Below, in pieces: positions 9,074 through 15,375 of a DNA stretch of 24,000 bases (the stretch's first letter is position 1; every line of letters starts with the position of its first letter). Source of the DNA: Lutispora thermophila DSM 19022 (GTDB lineage Bacteria > Bacillota > Clostridia > Lutisporales > Lutisporaceae); assembly GCF_900142105.1 (NCBI RefSeq), contig NZ_FQZS01000007.1:68248-92247 (forward strand), in the 5' to 3' direction. The notes under the pieces are model-generated. The model made no database searches and was not told the origin of the DNA. It was given only the letters and a program-made list of their open reading frames with translations. The position numbers and the translations under genes are program-made.

Positions 9074-9328
9074 TCACATCAGTCGTTCCTCTGGATCACG
9101 AAATGCATCACAAATTTTATCGCATATTCCATCACATATTCCATCACATACTGAAGCAACACAATCACATATCTTATCGCATACTATACCATCACATATT
9201 ACGACTTCACCGGGATCTGGAATACCGGCAACGATAAAGCTGAATTCAAGTCTGTTTTCCATCTCAGTAATGCTCAAATTTTCAACGGAATTCAAATTAA
9301 TTGAATTCAATATACCTTTGTTATCCAT
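9074..9328 (-). CDS. RiPP precursor paralog A3 (Cys-Asp tetrad-repeat peptide), probably frameshifted at its 3' end
   Basis: 84 aa. Same AAGGAGGTGAAATT RBS as A1. The leader differs from A1 at 3 of the first 38 residues. The core has 8 Cys in [I/V]CDx units. The ending RDPEERLM* is unrelated, while the adjacent frame (9028-9078) encodes CDANFVCGRICDKVAF*, homologous to the A2 tail. Confidence 0.8.
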   Translation of the reverse strand: MDNKGILNSINLNSVENLSITEMENRLEFSFIVAGIPDPGEVVICDGIVCDKICDCVASVCDGICDGICDKICDAFRDPEERLM

Positions 9329-9421
9329 AATTTCACCTCCTTTATTTTAATCTGATGCTTAATGTTTGGATTAATTGCTAATTTTATCTTACAATAAAAA
9401 AAGTCCCTAATGGGTTAATAT

Positions 9422-9459
9422 GGTAAAATTTACATATATTTTGGGTAAAATTTAAAGTT
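9422..9459 (-). promoter_or_regulatory. LytTR-type direct-repeat box C, upstream of precursor A3
   Basis: GGTAAAAT at 9422-9429 and 9444-9451, period 22 bp. It lies about 95-130 nt upstream of the A3 ATG. Confidence 0.7.
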
Positions 9460-9485
9460 CTGCTTTGGTTGGAAGGAATGTCTCG

Positions 9486-9524
9486 TAAAATGAAAACTCC
9501 CCTCACCTGTTTGGTGAAGGGAGT
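9486..9524 (-). terminator. intrinsic terminator ending the biosynthetic operon, after the ankyrin gene
   Basis: On the minus strand, ACTCCCTTCACC-aaaca-GGTGAGGGGAGT is followed by TTTTCATTTT, starting right after the TAA at 9526-9528. Confidence 0.8.
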
Positions 9525-9525
9525 T

Positions 9526-9987
9526 TTATTTGGCATATTGCTTAAAAATCTTCTTCAGGTAGGTGTTATCTCCTTCCATTACAAGATCATACACTGACTT
9601 TCCACTGGATGTTATAACATAAGGATCTGCTCCGGCTTCCAGCAATATTTTAGCCATATCGCAATTTCCCATTACCAGCACCATCTCAATAGGATATTGC
9701 CCTTCTGAATCCTGACTGTTTATATCAACTGTTCCACTGGCTAATATCCTCTTAACTAATGCAATGTTGTTCTCCAATACTGCCTGTGTTAACATATCAA
9801 TCGTAAATTCCATATTACTAACCCTTTTCTCATCATCAGATTTAAGAATCACAGAATTCTCTTCCTGAAGCCCGTCTGTTGTCTTTGAATCAGCAGATAA
9901 AACGATGTTGTTGAAGTTCAGTAACATGATCACTGACACAAATACTGCTGCTAAAACCATTGTTGCTCTCGAACCTTTATTTAGCAT
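9526..9987 (-). CDS. signal-anchored or secreted ankyrin-repeat protein
   Basis: 153 aa. N-terminal hydrophobic segment ATMVLAAVFVSVIMLL. Ankyrin-like repeats: NIALVKRILASGTVDINSQDSEGQYPIEMVLVMGNCDMAKILLEAGADP. Confidence 0.8.
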   Translation of the reverse strand: MLNKGSRATMVLAAVFVSVIMLLNFNNIVLSADSKTTDGLQEENSVILKSDDEKRVSNMEFTIDMLTQAVLENNIALVKRILASGTVDINSQDSEGQYPIEMVLVMGNCDMAKILLEAGADPYVITSSGKSVYDLVMEGDNTYLKKIFKQYAK

Positions 9988-10036
9988 ATAATATCTCCTC
10001 CTTATTCTATTTTATTTTTTAACACCCTTAATGATG

Positions 10037-11167
10037 CTATTGAGCACAATTATCAACCTCTTTTTTTCTTATAAAGCGATTATAGAACTCTAAAAACCTA
10101 TTTGTGATAGCTCTAAAAAGAATTATTACTAAATACATATAAAATAAATTCATTAAAAGTCTCACATTAAGTTTAATATTACTGAAATCCCTAAAGTATG
10201 ACACTATGAATTTTACAATCAAAGCACCTTTTTTAATTAAAATTATTGTGAATAAAAAATATAAGAAGTAGTAAATGTTGTTTGCAACTTTACCTATTTT
10301 ATTATTCTCATAATACTGCAAAACATCTCTGAAAAACCAATATCCATCTGTTCTCATGAAAGGATGAAAATTAAAATAAAAAGTATAAAAAAGCATATTT
10401 ATACATATTAGAAAAATGCTGTATTTAGTTACTATATATAAAATAATTAATAAAACCATATATATGCCTTGCGCAAACAATCCTGCAATATTAACCAAAA
10501 TTCTTTGTTTCAAATCAAGTTCATCTATCCCTGATACATTCGTAAACATAACTGGATATATCAAATATACGGAAAAACTGATAGGTCTTAATCCTATGCC
10601 GCAGTAGCTGCACATGTATGAATGTCCAAGTTCATGAAACATGATGCCAATTATAATAATCAATAATAAAGCAAAGAAATCTGATATGTAAAAATTATCT
10701 TCTTTTTGATAGGCTGAAAAAAAACTATTAAAAGGCAATCCTAAAACAGCCACCAGCAGAACAGAGATAGACACAAGTTTAAGCATGGTATTTTCCCTTA
10801 AATTATATAAAAAGCTGTGACCAAAAAGCTTTTCTTGAATACTGCTTGAAAGCACCTGAATTTGAGGATTAAATATTTTGCGTATTATATGCTTAAATTT
10901 TTTATTGAAACTTTCATACTGTCTTTCCTTTAACACTCCAAGATCAATCAATTTGTCAAATATAACCTGACTGTTTTCTATATTTAAAGATGTTAAATGC
11001 CTTAAATACTCTTCTTTATCACCTTTTTCAGGCAGAACGGATATGAGATAAGCCACTTCTTTACTTACCTTATAGCAAGATGTCTTGTTGATTATTAAAT
11101 TCCCATTTTTATAATCCGGCATATATTCATTTTTAAATACATTAACATATTCTGAGCCAGCTCTCAT
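10037..11167 (-). CDS. membrane-embedded zinc metalloprotease, M50/site-2-protease-like (YydH-like), with a cytosolic N-terminal domain
   Basis: 376 aa. HELGH at codons 178-182 (10622-10636) lies in a TM segment. NFHPFMRTDG matches the S2P signature NxxPxxxxDG. Multiple TM helices. The first ~90 aa resemble a PqqD-like winged-helix domain (VSKEVAYLISVL...VIFDKLIDLGVLKE). Confidence 0.75.
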   Translation of the reverse strand: MRAGSEYVNVFKNEYMPDYKNGNLIINKTSCYKVSKEVAYLISVLPEKGDKEEYLRHLTSLNIENSQVIFDKLIDLGVLKERQYESFNKKFKHIIRKIFNPQIQVLSSSIQEKLFGHSFLYNLRENTMLKLVSISVLLVAVLGLPFNSFFSAYQKEDNFYISDFFALLLIIIIGIMFHELGHSYMCSYCGIGLRPISFSVYLIYPVMFTNVSGIDELDLKQRILVNIAGLFAQGIYMVLLIILYIVTKYSIFLICINMLFYTFYFNFHPFMRTDGYWFFRDVLQYYENNKIGKVANNIYYFLYFLFTIILIKKGALIVKFIVSYFRDFSNIKLNVRLLMNLFYMYLVIILFRAITNRFLEFYNRFIRKKEVDNCAQ

Positions 11168-11194
11168 ATTATCACTCGCTTTTGTTTTGCATAA

Positions 11195-12613
11195 TTACAG
11201 ATGAGGAAATAGGAAATTTAAACTATCTATGCGATCATCCTGTTCTCGCTCAGTATATATATATTTGATGGCTTCATAAATTTCATCTTTCCTTGTGCTG
11301 CAATATGGGTTATATATACTTCCATTGTTTTCTCTAGCCTGAACGCCGCATTCTCCGGCACAAAGCAGTGAGATGGAACATTCCAAACACTTATCAAGAT
11401 TAAGCAGATTTCTGTTTAGGTAATCTTCTCTCAATGAGTTAAAATAAACCTCTCCATTTTTCAGGTATCCTATTTTATAATCATCCCTGCCTGCTTCCTC
11501 ATAGCAGCCGTATATGTCTCCATATGGGTCAATGAGAAAGTTATTGGGTATATTTTGCATGCAAAATCTTGTTTTTCTGAATGGTATGCCCCTTTGAATT
11601 TTCATAAGATATGCCAATCCCTCTGCTTTTCTTCTTATGGGATGTCTGATTTTGCTTTTTATATTGATTGATTCTATTGTTGCAGCGGCTTCCATATGTC
11701 CTACAAAAGAACTGTCATCTGTTTGCTTGAAGTGATTGTGCAAAGGATGCAGATAAATATATGCGTATGGATGATTTAAAATTTCTTCCTTTTCAAGAAA
11801 ATCGTACAAGAATGCCAGTTTTTCCAAAGAATTGGCATCAATATTTATTCTTATATTCAACTTTACTTTCCTATCCAGCATTAAATGGATATTCCTTACT
11901 ATTGTATCAAATGTTGGCTTTCCAGGCTCTGAAACTCTACTTGTATCGTGATCTTCTTGGTTGCCGTCTATTGATACTTGTATGAAGTTTATTTGGCCCG
12001 GCAGAGGACCAACCAAATCCAGGTAATGTTCCAATTGAGTACAATTGGATATGGCACCTACATTGATTGAATATTTATTGGAATACTCCAATACCCTTTC
12101 TACCACATCCCTATTCCTTTTTAAAAAAGGTTCTCCTCCATATAAGGTAATGTCCAGGTCTTCTCTTGAAACATCTCTATATAACTTTTCAAAATATATG
12201 CCAAACAATTGATCCACAAATTCTTTCGTCATAACCTTATTTTCTTTTTTTCCTCTAATTGGCTTCTGATAACAGTAATAGCAATTTAGATTACATGCAT
12301 ATGATAGTAGCAACATCAAGTTGCACTCTGAAAAATCATTTTTTAAATTAAACTCATCTATTTTCTTAACAAACTTAACAAACTCTTTCTTTTCTTCTTC
12401 AGGAGTAAGATTTGTTACATGCCCTCTTCTTTGCAGGAATTCAATTTCCACATCGGCAATATCCTGGGAAGATACCACTTTATCCTTATTGCTTAGAAGT
12501 TGGCCCATCTCTTTAGAAACCTCATCTATACATCCATTGAATCCATTAAATAACAGATATGTGTCTTTAAGAGGTATTATATTTAGATATTTGCTAACAT
12601 AATAGTTTTTCAT
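11195..12613 (-). CDS. radical SAM/SPASM-domain peptide maturase
   Basis: 472 aa. CNLNCYYC (CxxxCxxC) at 12272-12295. GGEPF SAM motif. C-terminal auxiliary-cluster cysteines include the CX2CX5CX3C motif CLECSISLLCAGEC and GDIYGC. A ~100-aa N-terminal extension precedes the rSAM core. Strong RBS GAGGAAGGAG. The start lies 20 nt inside the upstream gene. Confidence 0.9.
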   Translation of the reverse strand: MKNYYVSKYLNIIPLKDTYLLFNGFNGCIDEVSKEMGQLLSNKDKVVSSQDIADVEIEFLQRRGHVTNLTPEEEKKEFVKFVKKIDEFNLKNDFSECNLMLLLSYACNLNCYYCYQKPIRGKKENKVMTKEFVDQLFGIYFEKLYRDVSREDLDITLYGGEPFLKRNRDVVERVLEYSNKYSINVGAISNCTQLEHYLDLVGPLPGQINFIQVSIDGNQEDHDTSRVSEPGKPTFDTIVRNIHLMLDRKVKLNIRINIDANSLEKLAFLYDFLEKEEILNHPYAYIYLHPLHNHFKQTDDSSFVGHMEAAATIESINIKSKIRHPIRRKAEGLAYLMKIQRGIPFRKTRFCMQNIPNNFLIDPYGDIYGCYEEAGRDDYKIGYLKNGEVYFNSLREDYLNRNLLNLDKCLECSISLLCAGECGVQARENNGSIYNPYCSTRKDEIYEAIKYIYTEREQDDRIDSLNFLFPHL

Positions 12614-14444
12614 AATAAACTCCTTCCTCTATGAACCTTTTTGTATCCAATGCAGATAAAAAATATCCATAACGGGACACATTGCTTCCGTTAGCATAAA
12701 ATGGATGAGGCACATCATTTTTTATGAAATATTCATGAATATTGCCTTTATGAATCTTATAAAAGTTGCCTTTATAAAAATCGGAGAACCATTTTTCCAA
12801 CTGCGGCTTTTGTTCTAAAAATCTTTCATATACTTCATTTGAAAAGCCCAAGCTTTGTCTGATATCTATGTCAAATTTCTTGGCAGACAGATAAACTGCA
12901 AGCCCTTCATCATAATACTTTATTAACTCATGTGGCATATTCATGCTACGCCATATGCCAGCAGTCATGAAATGTGTTAGCTCATGGGTGATGAGTCTTA
13001 ATATATCTTGCTCATCAATCCTGTCATCAGAGAGCATTATAACACGGTTTGGGTTAAAGCAATTGCATGCATTGAAATTACCTAATAATATGCGCACTAT
13101 CTCAATGTTATCAATATCTTTAAGAAAAACATCTTTGTTAATACCGAACAAAGTTTCAATTTCACCGGATAAATATTCACGGATATCTATTATATCTTTT
13201 TTTTCTATTGGGGTTATTTTTTTACTTGACAAAAATTCTTTATATCTGTAATATGAGTTACTATCCAGATTAGGCATGTCCAAGCTGTAAGTTGAAAATA
13301 TTTTTCTCAACTCTGGAAGGCCTCGGGTTAAATAATCAACATAATTATCGCAGCTTAAAATGATGTTCCTTATATGATCTGAGTGATTTGTGATATTAAT
13401 ATCAGGTTCCTTAATGGATGTTTTTATATTTGCAGATATGGGCTCATTTGTTATTTCACTTTCAATTTTAAAAGCAATAGTTTTTATAAATTCAGTATAT
13501 TCTTTCAAAAGTGATAAATCAATTTCCTCCGCTCCAAATTTACTAAAAGGAATGCCATTGTGAAAATGATTAATCTTAATAAACAGGCTTATGCTTGGTC
13601 TGTTTTCTTTTACCAGAGTTACACCTTCGCATACTCCAAAGGGAATTTCCGCTTTATACTTTTCATCTAACTGATGCATAACTCCTTCAGGGATAAACTT
13701 ATCCAGCTCTACACCATTTTGTTTTGTGCGTATACCGAAGCCATTATTGCTGTTTATCGATGAGTCTATGGCATCCATAGATATAAAATATAGATCCCTA
13801 TCATAAATTATGTTTAAAAACTCATACAATCCTGAATGACTTACCTCTTCATTAAGCGTCAAAAGTCCGTAATACTTATCAGCATAGTTTTCATATTTCA
13901 TCAGATATATGATAAGAGCAGCATTCAATATATTATCTAAGTTCCAATTTGTCAAAGTATCATTTTTTAATACAGGAGACCCATCATAATGGATGACAAG
14001 TTCACCTGAATCATAAGTTTTTATCAAATCATTATGAGCTTTAAAAAACAATGTGACGCCATCCATGCCACTTCTATGACAATGCTCTACCTCAAGTTGA
14101 TCTATACTTTCATACATTCCCGGCAAAAACACTCCAAAATTTCTGCCCACTAAATATTTTGAAGTTCTATGTCCGTACAATTTTGAGTACATATATTCCT
14201 CATCTTGACTATAGTAAAGCCTTCCTCCAGGATGATCGAGATGAGCCTGAAAGCATATCCTATTATTTTTTATTTTTTCTTGGGAATCCTCTCCTAAAAA
14301 AATATTACCGTTCCTTGTAATAAAAAAAGGTATGTTTCCTAATATAGAAGCTAAAATAGCTTTCGTCGTTTCATTCCATTTATGAAAGGGAACAATATGC
14401 AATCTGGACAGTTCTTTAACAATTTTATGATATTCTTGTATCAT
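12594..14444 (-). CDS. two-domain putative leader peptidase: N-terminal co-catalytic (M42/M20-like) aminopeptidase fold plus C-terminal HExxH zincin domain
   Basis: 616 aa. Ordered motifs AHLDHPG (H68/D70), NLDN (D170), NEEVSH (E199/E200), SMDAID and INHFH mirror the M42 metal ligands. HELTH at codons 487-491 (12972-12986) is followed by YDEGLAVY. Overlaps the rSAM gene, implying translational coupling. Confidence 0.6.
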   Translation of the reverse strand: MIQEYHKIVKELSRLHIVPFHKWNETTKAILASILGNIPFFITRNGNIFLGEDSQEKIKNNRICFQAHLDHPGGRLYYSQDEEYMYSKLYGHRTSKYLVGRNFGVFLPGMYESIDQLEVEHCHRSGMDGVTLFFKAHNDLIKTYDSGELVIHYDGSPVLKNDTLTNWNLDNILNAALIIYLMKYENYADKYYGLLTLNEEVSHSGLYEFLNIIYDRDLYFISMDAIDSSINSNNGFGIRTKQNGVELDKFIPEGVMHQLDEKYKAEIPFGVCEGVTLVKENRPSISLFIKINHFHNGIPFSKFGAEEIDLSLLKEYTEFIKTIAFKIESEITNEPISANIKTSIKEPDINITNHSDHIRNIILSCDNYVDYLTRGLPELRKIFSTYSLDMPNLDSNSYYRYKEFLSSKKITPIEKKDIIDIREYLSGEIETLFGINKDVFLKDIDNIEIVRILLGNFNACNCFNPNRVIMLSDDRIDEQDILRLITHELTHFMTAGIWRSMNMPHELIKYYDEGLAVYLSAKKFDIDIRQSLGFSNEVYERFLEQKPQLEKWFSDFYKGNFYKIHKGNIHEYFIKNDVPHPFYANGSNVSRYGYFLSALDTKRFIEEGVYYEKLLC

Positions 14445-14494
14445 AACATTTATCCTTTCTTTCGCTTTAATATCATGTTATTTCCATCATCAGT

Positions 14495-14803
14495 CTACCA
14501 GATGACCTTGTCACAGAATCTTCCGCAAACGAAATTTACATCGCATGGATATATTGTGTCACAAAAAACATCACAAACTTTATCACATATCTTGTCACAG
14601 ATATCCCCACAAATCTTATCGCATACTTTATCACAAATAGGACTGCAAATTACATCACATACACCGGTTGTACACTCAGGGCGGATTATATCTAAAATTG
14701 ATATGTCCATAATCGAATAGACAATTCTTTCTTCAGATTTTTCCAATATTAGATTGTCTTCATTGAACAGGTTAATAGTTCTAATAATATTATTCATAAA
14801 CAT
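14495..14803 (-). CDS. RiPP precursor A2 (13-Cys Cys-Asp tetrad-repeat peptide)
   Basis: 102 aa as tracked. The likely true start is the third codon (ATG at 14797), 7 nt after GGGGG. Cys-free leader ...IRTINLFNEDNLILEKSEERIVYS.... Core CTTGVCDVICSPICDKVCDKICGDICDKICDKVCDVFCDTIYPCDVNFVCGRFCDKVIW. Confidence 0.85.
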   Translation of the reverse strand: MFMNNIIRTINLFNEDNLILEKSEERIVYSIMDISILDIIRPECTTGVCDVICSPICDKVCDKICGDICDKICDKVCDVFCDTIYPCDVNFVCGRFCDKVIW

Positions 14804-14881
14804 TCCCCCAAGTTATATTTTCACATTATTCAATTTGCATAACCTGTCTAATAAACATCCGAAAGAACTAATTGAGGATTA

Positions 14882-14920
14882 CTCAAACTCATCTTTGCCC
14901 CAGCCAAAGATGAGTTTGAG
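14882..14920 (-). other. 15-bp perfect stem-loop between precursor A1 and A2 (partial terminator or RNA stabiliser)
   Basis: CTCAAACTCATCTTT (14882-14896), 9-nt loop, AAAGATGAGTTTGAG (14906-14920). There is no U-tract on either strand. Confidence 0.6.
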
Positions 14921-14954
14921 TATGTAACCTTAATTATTTTGCAAAATCAAATTG

Positions 14955-15188
14955 CTACCAAATTGCATCGCATATTTGTCCACATATTTGATCACATATT
15001 GCATCACATACTGCGGAGATGCAGTCACATATCTTATCACATACAATAGCATCACATATTCTACCATCATAATAATCCGGAACACCAGCAAAGATAAAGC
15101 TGAATTCAAGTCTGTTCTCCATTTCAGTAATACTTAAATTCTCAACTGAATTTAGGTTAATTGAGTTCAATATGCCTTTGTTTTCCAT
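14955..15188 (-). CDS. RiPP precursor A1 (8-Cys Cys-Asp tetrad-repeat peptide)
   Basis: 77 aa. RBS AAGGAGGTGAAATT. Leader MENKGILNSINLNSVENLSITEMENRLEFSFIFAGVPD. Core GRICDAIVCDKICDCISAVCDAICDQICGQICDAIW. Confidence 0.88.
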   Translation of the reverse strand: MENKGILNSINLNSVENLSITEMENRLEFSFIFAGVPDYYDGRICDAIVCDKICDCISAVCDAICDQICGQICDAIW

Positions 15189-15282
15189 AATTTCACCTCC
15201 TTTATTTCTGTTTTACTTCATGCGTTATTTATTGATAGCTATTTTTAGCTTATAATAAAAAAGCCCCCTAATGGGGGAAAGT

Positions 15283-15320
15283 GGTAAAACTTATACACAT
15301 TTTTGGTAAAATTTAAAATT
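15283..15320 (-). promoter_or_regulatory. LytTR-type direct-repeat box D, upstream of the precursor A1/biosynthetic operon
   Basis: GGTAAAAC at 15283-15290 and GGTAAAAT at 15305-15312, period 22 bp. A TATTAT/TATAAG -10 candidate lies at about 15249-15257 on the minus strand. Confidence 0.72.
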
Positions 15321-15375
15321 ATGTTTGTTTAGGAAATATATTTGTAGTAAGGCCTTCAGCTTGGATTTCTTATTT

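Noticed and set aside
9100-9200. Short tandem periodic DNA repeats that might suggest a CRISPR array or a VNTR
   Set aside because: The period is 12 bp with no spacers, and the repeats lie inside coding sequence that translates to xCDx units. There are no cas genes and no 25-40 bp repeat/spacer structure.
8896-9350. Plus-strand ORFs 8896-9237 and 9069-9350 with odd SHI(L/P)SHI and HHI repeats
   Set aside because: They are antisense shadows of the 12-bp periodic Cys-Asp repeat DNA of precursor A3. They have no RBS, and the minus-strand gene has a strong RBS, a conserved leader and paralogs.
14382-15137. Plus-strand ORFs 14382-14720 and 14952-15137 (SQTLSHILSQISPQILSH..., ITYCITYC...)
   Set aside because: They are antisense shadows of precursors A2 and A1 for the same reasons. 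The repeat periodicity produces open frames on both strands.
15261-15280. CCCCCATTAGGGGG mini-palindrome plus T-run between box D and the -10 region as a terminator
   Set aside because: The stem is only 5 bp and lies inside a promoter. A degenerate version (GTCCCTAATGGG) occupies the same position in the box C promoter, so it is more likely part of the conserved promoter module than a terminator.
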